Positions 42,542-55,979 of a DNA stretch of 64,000 nucleotides are shown here, piece by piece. Origin of the DNA: Octopus bimaculoides (lineage: Eukaryota); NCBI RefSeq assembly GCF_001194135.2, contig NC_068990.1, positions 45,894,474 through 45,958,473 of the forward strand. Direction: 5' to 3'. Position 1 is the first letter of the stretch. Each line of letters starts with the position of its first letter. The notes beneath the pieces were generated by a model that was not told where the DNA came from, did no database searches, and saw only the letters and a list, made by a program, of their open reading frames with translations. The position numbers and the translations under genes were made by a program.

Positions 42542-43267
42542 NNNNNNNNNNNNNNNNNNNNNNNNNNNNNNNNNNNNNNNNNNNNNNNNNNNNNNNNNNN
42601 NNNNNNNNNNNNNNNNNNNNNNNNNNNNNNNNNNNNNNNNNNNNNNNNNNNNNNNNNNNNNNNNNNNNNNNNNNNNNNNNNNNNNNNNNNNNNNNNNNNN
42701 NNNNNNNNNNNNNNNNNNNNNNNNNNNNNNNNNNNNNNNNNNNNNNNNNNNNNNNNNNNNNNNNNNNNNNNNNNNNNNNNNNNNNNNNNNNNNNNNNNNN
42801 NNNNNNNNNNNNNNNNNNNNNNNNNNNNNNNNNNNNNNNNNNNNNNNNNNNNNNNNNNNNNNNNNNNNNNNNNNNNNNNNNNNNNNNNNNNNNNNNNNNN
42901 NNNNNNNNNNNNNNNNNNNNNNNNNNNNNNNNNNNNNNNNNNNNNNNNNNNNNNNNNNNNNNNNNNNNNNNNNNNNNNNNNNNNNNNNNNNNNNNNNNNN
43001 NNNNNNNNNNNNNNNNNNNNNNNNNNNNNNNNNNNNNNNNNNNNNNNNNNNNNNNNNNNNNNNNNNNNNNNNNNNNNNNNNNNNNNNNNNNNNNNNNNNN
43101 NNNNNNNNNNNNNNNNNNNNNNNNNNNNNNNNNNNNNNNNNNNNNNNNNNNNNNNNNNNNNNNNNNNNNNNNNNNNNNNNNNNNNNNNNNNNNNNNNNNN
43201 NNNNNNNNNNNNNNNNNNNNNNNNNNNNNNNNNNNNNNNNNNNNNNNNNNNNNNNNNNNNNNNNNNN
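42542..43267. other. Assembly gap (N-run) that may hide the end of the first PLK coding exon. Other large gaps: 2672-3397, 5741-6368, 10207-10505, 22677-23559, 28540-29402, 35429-35780, 44148-44892, 55980-56451, 57824-58245
   Basis: Runs of N in the sequence. Confidence 0.95.
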
Positions 43268-43341
43268 GGAAAATAGTCATTTTCGTGATTGGTACGCAAA
43301 ACTACATTTGCGTAGAACTTTTCAATAAATTCGGACACCAT
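43268..43341 (-). CDS. Candidate first coding exon of the PLK gene (MVSEFIEKFYANVVLRTNHENDYF...), running into gap 42542-43267
   Basis: ATG at 43341-43339 opens a stop-free frame up to the gap. A possible acceptor (ttttcag) lies 8 nt upstream, and the site is next to a CpG-rich promoter-like segment. No LGK|gt exon end is visible elsewhere in readable sequence. The visible 24 aa show no homology, so this is a positional inference only. Confidence 0.35.
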
Positions 43342-43600
43342 GTATCAAACTGAAAATACCCAGGCAATTTCTTTTATCCCAACATAAATGTGATAAGCAA
43401 TATTATTTACCAATATTATCTATTACTATTATTAGCACTACCATTGAAAGCCCGATCTTTTGGATTGGCGAGTTTCTGCTCAGAGTAACGCCCTAATCCC
43501 CATTCCTTCGAGAATAAGTATTAGACGCGAGAAAGCGCCGCGGGGGGGGGGGGGTATGAACGACAGAAATTGAGATGAAGAGAGCAAGATGGCTCTAATG
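43342..43600. promoter_or_regulatory. CpG-rich promoter-like segment, possibly bidirectional
   Basis: Dense CpG (gacgcgagaaagcgccgcgg), a G13 tract at 43542-43554, ATTGG/CCAAT at 43464-43468, and a YY1-like CAAGATGGC at 43585-43593. It lies at the boundary between CpG-depleted and CpG-retaining repeats. Confidence 0.45.
43589..43600 (+). CDS. Candidate first coding mini-exon ATG GCT CTA ATG|gtgagc of an unidentified plus-strand gene
   Basis: ATG in the context caagATGG, followed 12 nt later by a good donor (ATG|GTGAGC). No convincing downstream exon was identified. Confidence 0.2.
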
Positions 43601-44109
43601 GTGAGCCAGTGACTGAAAGCTTGTCTAATCGTTCATTTGTCCTCTATGTTGTGTATAGAAGTTAGTGTAGAAACAAGCAAAATATATTTGTTGGTTTACT
43701 CTTACTCCCCAACCAAATAAATAAATATTCATCAATGTGTCAAGGGTAGGATACGATCTCACAATTCTCCTTCAGTCTAAATGCTGACATCGTATTTATT
43801 TATTATCCAGTTAAGCACATACTGGACAGAGAGCCGATTAACCACTGGAAATGTCTACTATTCGTATCCTGTCAACATCAGCGCATTTGTATACGTAGCA
43901 CTACGAAAGAAAGAAAAAACAATTTCCCAGTAACTCAAGCCACCAAGCGGCTGTAAACTGCTGTAAGACCACAGAGTGTATAAAAATATTTGTTCGAGTG
44001 AACATTGATTGACCAGTACTCTGGTCAGAGGCATTTCCAACTGTGTCCACACCCATACAATAATAATAGATACACTTGTACGACATTCAACAAACACACT
44101 CACATACAC

Positions 44110-44147
<38 letters not shown>

Positions 44148-45639
44148 NNNNNNNNNNNNNNNNNNNNNNNNNNNNNNNNNNNNNNNNNNNNNNNNNNNNN
44201 NNNNNNNNNNNNNNNNNNNNNNNNNNNNNNNNNNNNNNNNNNNNNNNNNNNNNNNNNNNNNNNNNNNNNNNNNNNNNNNNNNNNNNNNNNNNNNNNNNNN
44301 NNNNNNNNNNNNNNNNNNNNNNNNNNNNNNNNNNNNNNNNNNNNNNNNNNNNNNNNNNNNNNNNNNNNNNNNNNNNNNNNNNNNNNNNNNNNNNNNNNNN
44401 NNNNNNNNNNNNNNNNNNNNNNNNNNNNNNNNNNNNNNNNNNNNNNNNNNNNNNNNNNNNNNNNNNNNNNNNNNNNNNNNNNNNNNNNNNNNNNNNNNNN
44501 NNNNNNNNNNNNNNNNNNNNNNNNNNNNNNNNNNNNNNNNNNNNNNNNNNNNNNNNNNNNNNNNNNNNNNNNNNNNNNNNNNNNNNNNNNNNNNNNNNNN
44601 NNNNNNNNNNNNNNNNNNNNNNNNNNNNNNNNNNNNNNNNNNNNNNNNNNNNNNNNNNNNNNNNNNNNNNNNNNNNNNNNNNNNNNNNNNNNNNNNNNNN
44701 NNNNNNNNNNNNNNNNNNNNNNNNNNNNNNNNNNNNNNNNNNNNNNNNNNNNNNNNNNNNNNNNNNNNNNNNNNNNNNNNNNNNNNNNNNNNNNNNNNNN
44801 NNNNNNNNNNNNNNNNNNNNNNNNNNNNNNNNNNNNNNNNNNNNNNNNNNNNNNNNNNNNNNNNNNNNNNNNNNNNNNNNNNNNNNNNNNNNATATATTG
44901 GCTCATATTTTTACGGATAAAATGAACAGACATCATGAGTAGAATGTAGAATGTGGCGACAATGTAATGTTGTCATCGTGAAGTCGTCATGGCAACTGAC
45001 CTTTCGAAGTGACCTGTAATTTCTACTGATAAAACCGAAAATAGACATACAAAAAACAAAAGGAAAATTATAGACGTTACATTAATGTCGTTTGCTTGAA
45101 TCTCCGCTACAGTGCACTTGCAGCTTTCATTTTACCCTCATTGCAATTGTTTTTTTTGTTATTGGTGGTGGTAGTGGTGGAAGTAGTACGTATGAGTATT
45201 TAATGACAATGTGGTGATATATGCAAATTTCTATTACAATGGTGATGTAGAAACAATGAAATCTAACATTTGATAAAAGTAATCAATTAATCTACCCACC
45301 TCTCTATCTGTCTATTTTTGTCTGTCAGCTTGTCTACTCCAGTCCATCTCTGTCTCTTATCCACCAAGTAAAATACAGAGGAGAGAGGGGGGGGGAAGAA
45401 AGAGAGAGAGAGAGAGGAGGGTAATAGGAATCTAAGGGACTACAAAAGTGGTTTGTTTTTTTAATAAGATTTCATTTAAATTTAGGTTATCTTGGAAGGG
45501 TCTCGAGCTTATATATAATGTATATAAGGCCTATTTATGGTGTCTGTGTGTGTATATGTACACATACACACACACACACTCTACAAAATGTTGCTTGTAA
45601 GAATACGCCCTCTATATAGATTCATTACTAAAGATCATC

Positions 45640-46440
45640 TAAATTAGTTTTCGTCCAGGAAGATAAACATCAGCAAAAAATCTTGCAGTACAAAGGCTTA
45701 TTGAAGGTATCAAAGATCAGAACCCAAAAGCTGTTATTATTTTCCTAACGATTTGTTCCAAACAAGGACTGAGACTACCGTAATGTTAGGGAATACAAGA
45801 AGAGGCGCACTTATTCAAAAGACGTTGATTGACAGAAAACAGAAATGCCTGAATATCATACACAAGAGGAAAACAGGACGATGGTAGTGAGTTTCAGAAA
45901 GTAGCAATTCAAGGAAAGAAGTTATTAGAATAAAAGGATTTATAACTAATAGCAAACTCAACAGCAGAGTTCCACAGAGCAGTACTTCAAGGGAAGAAGC
46001 CATTAGAATACGAAAGTTCAACAGAGAATCGATGTGTCTGGGAAGAGAAGCGAGTGACATGCTTAAAGGCCTTGAGAGAGAGAGGGTAACAGATCAGATT
46101 ATTCATCAGAACAACGACCAAGAAATTACTTACAGAAAGACACAACGAAGATACATTTCGACGATGAGCCAAAGACACCAACCAAGTGAAAAGAAGACGC
46201 ATCATGTTAACTCGATTCTGAATTCGACCGAGCAAGTTAAGACACTCAAAGGAGACATCGTTGAGATCCTAGCAGGAGTACAACAAGGTGTCATACTCGC
46301 ACCTTTCTTGTTCATTGTAACATGAATTGCAACGTGAAAAGCAGAAGAAAGAAATAGGTCAGAAAAGCAAGCGTCATTCTCCAACTATTACTGATACAGA
46401 TCTTACATCTAATACAATCAAAGAAGCTCAGCTGACTTAC
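45640..46440 (+). mobile_element. Highly decayed RTE-like LINE RT fragments
   Basis: FRPGR*...LAVQRLIEGIKDQNPKAVIIF near 45650-45745, EILAGVQQGVILAPFLFIV near 46260-46320, and TITDTDL/SNTIKEAQL near 46385-46435. Confidence 0.7.
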
Positions 46441-49400
46441 AGGGATGTAAACAAACCAATAACGGTTATCAAGAGGTGGTGGGAGAGACAAACACAAAAT
46501 TATACAATACACACACACACACACACATAAATAATACAAAATGGGGCAAGAACGCAAAACATCCAGACAGTTAGGTGATACAAGAAAGGGACAACAAAAC
46601 ATCCAGATAAACGATACAAAGAAAACAAGGACAGGTCATTCGGAGTTTTCTTTCATCAGTCGAGATCCAGATTATCTTTGCAATTTCGGTTTGTTATACT
46701 CGAGATTGCTCCAATCTGGCCAGCCCCAAGGAAAAATTAAGCTAAGAGCATTAGATTCCTTGGAAGAAAGCAGCGAATGTATACAAAAACAAGGACGGAA
46801 AAAAAAACGAACAATGTTACACAAAATATATACGATGGACATCTACACAGTTTCCGTCAACCAAATTTACCCATCAGTCGGCCGGGTGCTATAGAAGACA
46901 TTTGCCCAAGGTTCTGCGCAGAAGGACTGAACTCGAAACCACTTAGTTACAAAGCGAGCTTTTTAATCACAGAGCCATGCCTGCGTCTCCCATCCCGCCT
47001 CTTTTTTTTTAAGTATTACTGTTGCGACAGTTGCCCACAAAGACAAAAACCAGTTGGATGTTCCTCCACTTAACCAGTAAATTTCAGATAAAATAACTCT
47101 CTTATGTTAGGGATTATAATGTGTTTCCTTTTTTTTTTGTTATCTATGGCCAACTGCAGATTTTTCTTCATTTAAACATGCAAAAAGAAAAGAAAAATGA
47201 AAGAGAACATGCAATTAACATGATATGTAAATCCTTCCTTATATGGCGAGATTATACAAACGCACACACAAACACATATATATGATTCAAAATTTACGAA
47301 GAGCAAAGAAATTAAAAAAAAACAAAAGACAGACAGGTGAGGAAACAACATTCAAAGTGTCTTAAGTCTGACGCTCAGGAAAAATGAAAGTCTGCGTTTT
47401 TTACATCTGTAAACTTTTCAAATAAATCTGTAATCTAGATACAAGGGTTAAAGATTTTTAAGCTTCGAAACATTGAATTTTTATCTTCAACAAATTGTTA
47501 TATCTCCAGGGAAGTAATGCGCCCCACTTCCTTTGACACAACAACAACAAAACAAAAAACTTATTGTTATCTAATACATAATCTTATACAATAATAAAAG
47601 AAGAGAAAGTTGCGTTTATTCTTTTAATTAATACAACCTCATTATTGACATCTGGTCTTTCTATATGTAAGATATATTATGAAACTTAAACCGACGTAAT
47701 TACTTCTTTTATGCTCAAATAATGGAAGAGCAGCTGGGAATAAATGGAAAGAGTGGGAGTAATTAGTCATTTGATATTCTGTTGTTATTGTTGTTGGTGG
47801 TGGTATTAATTATTAAGTCAGCCAAGTCTTACTTCGCCTCTTTCCTTTTTTTTAATATTTTTTTCTCTCGCCAAATCTGTTTTCCTGTCTGTCCGTTTTC
47901 CTAGCTTGTGGATTTAGAGGTTGTTCCATTTAACATCAGAGAACCACTTGAGTTTGAACTCAAAGCTGATATAGTTGAATACCAATGAAAAATAATAAAT
48001 TTTACCATTGGAACACTACCTACTTTTGAATTGCATCAATTATGAAGACAGTTTAGACAGTGGATTGAGGGAATTGTTCGCCTTGTCTTACGGGTATTTA
48101 GTGACGGATTTTCACGTTCTGAGTTTGAATGCCATTGCGGGTCAACTTTGCCTTTCATCATTTCGGAATCGACCGACACCTCTACTATATTGGTGGTCAT
48201 GTGCCCTATGTTAGTAAAGATCAATTGCTTAGAGGATTTGAGCCTCCTTTGCTTAGCTGTCACTGGCAAGCTAGTTTGATCTAGTAGTTTAAATCATGCT
48301 TTAGCTGAATGCTGCTTTAGGTGCCTATGTGGTCTCGTAGATGGCATATATACCCTCTTGACCATATCACCTTTAACCCATCAAAATATCAAGAATGAGA
48401 CAGCTAGGGGTGAAGAAAGAGCTACACCAACAGTGGGATAAGTTGGAGTAAACTGGAGTTGACCTGGGGCTAAATAACATCTCTATTTAACTACGCAAGA
48501 GTTAATGACATTAATTCAAGTTAATTAGTAACCGGTCGGTAATAACCATTATGACACCACTGTCGGTTTTCTAATTCGGGCTTGTGTCCAACACAGAGAG
48601 AAATAAAGTTCACAGGAGTCAACACAAGGACAGAAAGTTGGTCAGAGTGGAAATGAATGGGCGATATTATCAGTCCGGTTAAAGAATTGACTTCAGTCTG
48701 GTTTTATGTGGAAGAACTATCAACCAGGGTCAACTAAGTACCAATTAGGGTCAAATTAACTGACTAGCTCCGCCCTAACTTAATTACTACCCATGTACCT
48801 AAATTTAAAGCATCATACAGAAATTGCTTTGAATTCTGCATTTATCAGAAATCGATTACATTTAATATAATTTTTAATATTATAGGCACAAGGCCCGAGA
48901 TATTTGACTGGAAATCACCTCATCGAGACCGAAAGAATGAAAGGCAAAGTAGACTGCGGTGGAAGTTGTACTCCGAACATAAAAACGGACGACATGAGGT
49001 TAAGCATTTTGTCCGGCCCGAGCAATTCAACCAGCTCGCCGCCTTAATCACATTTAATATAATACACATTGTATATGTATACATATAAATAGTAAGTGCG
49101 TATATTTGTATGCATGCCCTGATGCATATATCTAATTATACGTGTATGTATTATATTACATGCGTGTATACAGATGCTCGAGCATGCATTCGTTCATTCA
49201 TTATTGCAGAGCTTGGTAATCAGTGCTTACTGTTTCGATCCATCTGCAGTAGGAGATGCAGAGCTTCCGATCGAGTAGTTTGATGGTTGATAATATGATT
49301 TCCTTGTAATTTAAATGTCTCATACGTTTCAAATAAACTAAAACACATTTCCCCTGCTTTCTTTATTTTAAATTAGATTTTAAAATTTGTGACCTTCAGC

Positions 49401-50066
49401 AGTGAAACATGATCCCGACAAATGATATTTTTCCTGTTACTTGAACACTTTTAACCACCAAACGTTTTCTTAGAGCCCCGCCCCTTCTCTCGTTAAAGTT
49501 TTCTTTCCGCTTTTATTTGTGTGTGTGTGTGTGTTCTCAGTTATAGTGTATCAAGGACTACGTTTGTCAATATGACGTTATCTTTTTACAGACGGTAGCG
49601 TGTGATATGAGAATGATTTGGCTGCTATTTCCAACGTTGTTGAACGCGTAAAAAATGTGTCTCCTTTGTAATATCACCAATTCGTTTTTATTTAGATTTC
49701 AAATATCTTGCTCTGTGTGCGTGTGTGTGTGTGCGTGTGTGTGTGTGTGTGTGTGCGCACGAGCGCGCGGGCTCAATAATAATGTATCGAAGGTACATTA
49801 GCCAATATGACGCTATTTTGTTGCTATTTCTAGCAAATTGGACCATCACATTTTAGAGGCTTCTCTCGTTGGATTGTTGCTCGTGTTTTCAAGCTGTTGT
49901 ATGAAAATGCACGTTTTCTAGCGTCACACCGTATTTATTTGTGAAAGAAATCAATACAATTCTTCTAATTATAAATTCCGCAGAGAATGTTAAATGTTTA
50001 AATGTTCATTTAAAATAAGAATGCTTCACAAGTCGCAGTCTCAGATGTCTGGGACAAAAACCTTAC

Positions 50067-50214
50067 TGAAATCTGATAGTCTGAGAATCTTTGCTAAACT
50101 TTTCTGTTTCCGATTTGTATCGACAGAAATAGAAAAAAAAAGCTGGTTTGGTTTGTTCAATAAAATGATTTTCAAAGCCACATACACACGTGAGCTCGCT
50201 CGCTGGCGCGCAAA
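50067..50214 (-). promoter_or_regulatory. Candidate upstream promoter plus non-coding exon (E2F-like site, E-box, CHR, then splice donor)
   Basis: The minus strand reads tttgcgcgcca (50214-50204), cacgtg (50192-50187), TTTGAA (50176-50171), then a donor TTTCA|GTAAGG at 50067/50066. These are motif matches only. Confidence 0.25.
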
Positions 50215-51190
50215 TATATTTATTCACATTCGAACACGCGCGTACGCACATAATTTTTGTTTTCCTTATTTACAGATATCTCATATCTTGCACATTAAAA
50301 GGAAAAGTAAATGGGTCTTCGTCGTTTTCGACGATGAGGATCCAGTTGTTCGATCAACTGAATTAGCGCGTAAACTGGCCGAATATTCCACATACATAAC
50401 TGCACTATTAACGTAATATTCAGGTCGAACCAACAAGACTATGTGGTAAGGCTGTGCCTTTGAATTACAGGTACACTCATTTCGGCGGGTTTCCGCAGTT
50501 TCCTTTTACCCAATTGTACTCATAAAGTTTAACCCTGCAATCACCGCCTCTAATGCTCATTTTCATATCTGAAGCATAAAATACATGATTTCGTATTACA
50601 TATACGTGTGAACCTAAGATGTCACACAGAAGAATTGAACCCAAGAATCTTGTGATTACGAAGTGAACTTCTTAATCATTCGGCTAATTTGTGTCCACTA
50701 CCCTCTCACATACATGTATATACAAATACACACTCCTTAACAAATAAGCTCGACCACGTGTACGCTGCAGCTACTACTATTACGAGACACACGTGCTCTC
50801 CAGAAATGACAGCTTCTTTACATAACCTTTTCAATTAGGTCACTGAACGTTTCATGGCAATTAAGAGGAAAATATTAATTGGAAAATACACGATAATTTC
50901 AAGAAGAAATATCACATTATTCACAAAACACTGTAAGATTTACACGTAATTATCATTATTCCACAAGTTTTTTTTTTGTAATCACAATACTCATAGCAAA
51001 CTGCAAAGTCCATAAAGACCTCCTTGTTTTTCATTGTTATTAAGTGTTCCTATTTCTCGCTTTCAGTCACCTTCTACCTGTTTCCCCAGACAGGACAATG
51101 CGTAAAAACACCACATCCTTCCTCTCGCTTTCGTTTTACTTCTACTGTGATTCACTATCCATCATTTGAAAACCTCCTATTTCCTTATAT

Positions 51191-51393
51191 CAGTGGTTCC
51201 CAACCTGGGGTCCACGGATCTCTGGTGGTCCGCAAAGGTAGTACTGGAGGTTCGTGAACTAAATTCAAAATTTCATATACATATATACACATAAGGATAA
51301 GCATATTAAAAGGGGTCTGTGGGAAAACTCATTTAAATAAAAGGGTTGGGAACCACTGTTAGGAATCATTGTGAAAAGGTTGGGGGACCACTG
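51191..51393. mobile_element. hAT MITE with two successive right termini
   Basis: Left TIR cagtggttcccaacc. Right-end copies ggttgggaaccactg (ending 51358) and ggttgggggaccactg (ending 51393). The outer end has a possible TSD ccttatat/ttttatat (6/8). Confidence 0.7.
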
Positions 51394-51794
51394 TTTTATA
51401 TGAAGGTGAATGGATTAATCGTTAGGGAGTTGAACTCACAATTATGCGAGATCGTGGTTTCACTTCTTGGACCGGGTGGTGCGCGTGCTCTTGAGCAAAA
51501 CACATCATTTCACGTCACTCTGCGATCACTTCGATACCTGAGGTGTGGTATACCGTGCACTGGTTTAGGTAATGTTGATTTGATGGAGGGAGTGAGCTAA
51601 TAAACACCACAAACATTTGATTACTTATAAACAAATCATTTGTGCAACTTGTCCAACAAGGAATTGCGGAACCGTCTTTCTCGGACTAAGAGGGAGTACC
51701 ATCATTTCCTTATCTCCGTAGTGTGACAGCAAATAAATACTCGCCGTTGATGTAAGTATATATGCATCTGTCTGTCTGTCTCTCTTTTTCTTTC

Positions 51795-51885
<91 letters not shown>

Positions 51886-51970
51886 NNNNNNNNNNGCACA
51901 TGAAATGTGCAACGAACGTGAAACTCAGAGTAACAGTCTTTTGTTATTTTTCTGCTGCTTTTAAATAAAG

Positions 51971-52001
<31 letters not shown>

Positions 52002-53972
52002 TAATGATGTACCAACACTGCACACACATAGAAACACATGCGTACACATGTATGCATATATATATATATATAAATAAACATACATATATACATATACACG
52101 CAGATATATAAACGCATAAATGCACAAATATATATACGTATACATAAAATAATTATAGATATAGACAACTATTTCTAGCCAGATCGATTAAATAAACAAA
52201 GAAGAAAGAAACAAACAAATACAAGTTTGTTTTTCTTTCTTTTTTTTTTTTTTTACAACGTAGGACATGAAGAAATTTTTTAATTAAAGATTCTATTTCA
52301 GATAAAAGTAGCATGAACCATTCTCTTTTTGTTTCTTCCTCAGATGGGAAAGTTGGTCAAGTTTCGAATTAGAATGAATAAATTTAGTATATCTCCAAAA
52401 TAAATTATGTCAATCATCTGTCATTTCAAATCACTGTATCACTGCATCGCCTAGACTATCGGATGTTGTAATATACACCGCTGCTCACAATGCGCTTCCT
52501 TGCACTGTTGTAGCTTTCGAATGATGCCATCCCGCTGGCTTGGACTGGAGCAACGCGAAATGAAGTGTTTTGGACAAGAACACAACGCACAGCCTATCTA
52601 GGAGTCGAAACCACGATCTTGCGATCATGAATGCAATACTTGAAGCACTAAGCCACGCACTTTCATTTCAAATGACTGATAAAAATTATTTTTAGCACAG
52701 TAGCTAATGTACAGTACCATGGAACTTAGCTATACGATCTTTATGCAGAATGGTACTCTTAGATTTTCCAATGCCATTATCTTAATTTTTCGGTGGATTG
52801 GCAAAGTCATTCAAGTATCGGATAATAATACTAAGTGCCATTTGTTTCAGCTCCTTACGGTGTGTGTTCATCTCCCGCTGAAGTCAACTTTGTCATCCCT
52901 CCCGTGTCGATAAAATAATGTAACAGTCATACGCAGAATCCATTGTCATCTAAATCTCAGGTCCAGTGCCTGTATTGGAAACCATTATTTTAATGTTTTG
53001 CTGATAAGGTCAAACAAAACCGAAACATGACCGGTGTTGCTACCCTGTTAAACTAAAGACAGTTGTTTTAAGTTCAACAACGGCTGACGAGTTAAATAAA
53101 TAGTAAAAAAAGAACTAGATACTCCGTGAGATAACCTGCAGCAAATACGTGTGTGTGTGTGTGGATGGGTGGATGTGTTTATGATATATACATACATTTA
53201 TATATAAAAATTTTCTCTGAGTCATAGGTTCATAAGGCCGGTTTTCCGGATTCTGTGCCGTATATATTTATCCCCTCATCCTGGATGGGAGGCTGATCCA
53301 TCATAGGATTACTCCTTTCGCCAGCTGAGTAGACTGGAACAACGTGAAATGAAGTGTTTTGCTCAAGAAGAACGCATCACCGTTATGAGAGTCGAAACCA
53401 CGATCTTGCGATAGTAGGCGCAACACCTTAACCAGTAAGTCACGCGCCTCCACACACGCACACCACATACCACGCATATTACATACCACACTACCATCAC
53501 ACCACGCGCGCACACACACACACACACATGATCATGTCTCTATGTATGTGTGCGGGTCCGCGTTTTTGTGTTCACGTACAAGTATGTATGTTTATATGCT
53601 AATATTCAATTGATGTTCACCATATTAAGCCAGCATAATCATTACTGGTATCTCTCGGCGTCGAGAATGTGATTCCATTGTATTTATCTATGCAAGTTCC
53701 ACGGTGGCGATATAAGAGTATTTTTCCCCATGAAAGAGCAGCGAAATTGTAGACACCTGTATATCTATCTGTTTATCTGCCTCTATTTAAATACATTCAT
53801 GCATACATTATGTGCACCTCTCTCTCTCTCTCTCTCTCTCTAGATAGATAGATAGATAGATATTCCTTCCTTGAGCGCCAACCTAATATTAACTGTGAAC
53901 GTCCCTTGGATTTTTGCTGCCCTTCTCTGTATTTTTTTGTTTTCCTCTTGTTATTGATTTGCTCCCCTCTCT

Positions 53973-54060
<88 letters not shown>

Positions 54061-55929
54061 GATGTACACACACATATATATACCCATACAGAAACCCACA
54101 CGCGCATTTACAAATGTGCATGCACACAAATTTCTACGCATAATTCTTTGCATTTTTGTATGTATATTATGAATATATGCATAAATACATGAATGCATGT
54201 GTGTGTGTGTTGTGTATGAATACACACACACACACACACTCTATTTTATATTATAAGTAACGTAATTACTCACACAGCATGAGTTGTACACAGAATGACA
54301 AATACGTACATGTACATTGTTTCTATTTGCCTGCAGAAGCCCTCTGCATGTATACTCAGCAGGGTGTATATCGCATTATTATTCAATTGAGTGATATCAC
54401 TGGCGGAACGAATATTTTCAAAACACACCACTTATCACCAGCACCAACACTGCCACTACCGCCGACGCCGCCACCACCACCCTCGCTACATTCACAGCTA
54501 CTACTACCATTACCATTACAACTACACTACCACCACCACATTAATAACAACAACCACTACCAAGATTGCGAGCAGGACATCCTGCCTCTGTGCTAATATG
54601 ACAAATCCTGTGCAGGTATAACACTAATTTTCAGAACATTGAGGGTCCTGAACCTCTTATAATCCACACTAATTTACGAGCAGGACCACGAAATCCCCGC
54701 GGTCGCCAGACTAGTTTACATCCCGAAAGGATGAAAGATAAAGTCGACTTCGGCGGAATTTGAACTCAGAACGTAGCGACGGGTGAAATACCACAAAGCA
54801 TTTCGTCCAGCGTGCTAACGATTCTGCCAGTAACAGACATAACCGTAGACCTATCTCTGTAATAATATTCGATCAGCGGCAATGCTATCAGACCGTTGCG
54901 TATAAAACATATCGCACAATTAATATTCAACGGCCAGCCGATACAACAACAACAACAACAAACAAACAAACAAACAAACAACGAATTGCCATTCAATGTT
55001 GCCCGCAAACAACACATAACGTAGCACAATCCAATTCCCAGAAGAATAAGTTTCATTGCACATTCGAAGCCTTGTTTTGTTTTTGCGAATATCTAACGTT
55101 ATTCGTCATTATTATTTTTTTCTAGCTACAAAAAACAATAATCCTGCATGGTCAATTATTAATATCGATCTTTTGCATTGGCACAAGACAATAAATTTAT
55201 AAGAAATGGCTACGGTTGATTGACTACACCCAAAATATTGGAGTATATAATATATCATTGACGCTTATTTTATTGGCAGGAGAAAAGAGAGAGAAAGAAA
55301 GAAAGAGTGAGAGAGAGAGTGAGTGAGAAAGAGAGAGAGAGAAAGAGAGAGAAAAAGAGAGAGAGAGAGAGAGAGCATCCAGAAAGAAAAACTATATTAC
55401 AAGACTTAACACTCATCTCGATTCCGCTTGTCATGTTATGTGGCCGAGTGTTACGCTTGAAGTATGTTTAACTACGAAACAAAATCGAAGACAATCGATA
55501 TCTTTTAACATAACGAAACGAGTTTATGTGTTTAGCTTTTTAAAAAGACGTAATTATGGAACCAAATAAAAGACATACTCGGAGTGCTTCGCATAATGAA
55601 GTTCAAGTGTTACGCTTTCAATAAGCATAAGTATGGCTCGAAATCGAAGATATAATTGAAATATTTAATATAATGAAACGAGCTCGACTGTTACACTTTA
55701 AACAACCCCAAACTATGAACATTATGAATTCTATAAGTTTATGTTTTAAAATAAAAATAAAAACAGCTATGAAACGCGGAATTTCCACTGCTGCTTCTAA
55801 TTTTACTAATTCTTGGACAGCGGTCTTTCATCCTCTTTCGATTCACGGCAACAAACTGGATAAAGCTTTTAAAATGTTTATACGTGTGTGTGTGTGTGCG
55901 TGTGTGTGTGTGTATGTGTGTGTGTATGT

Positions 55930-55979
<50 letters not shown>

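Noticed and set aside
47905-47988. Strong plus-strand acceptor followed by LVDLEVVPFNIREPLEFELKADIVEYQ*, in phase with the MALM mini-exon
   Set aside because: It would give only a 31-aa peptide with no homology I recognise; insufficient support without RNA data.
49994-50416. 140-aa plus-strand ORF
   Set aside because: No recognisable homology, and its 3' third is an antisense family D SINE remnant.
55447-55682. Degenerate ~159-bp-period repeat (agtgttacgctt...aaatcgaaga...gaaacgag) and a 34-bp-period doublet at 35883-35943
   Set aside because: Only two diverged units each and no interpretable context.
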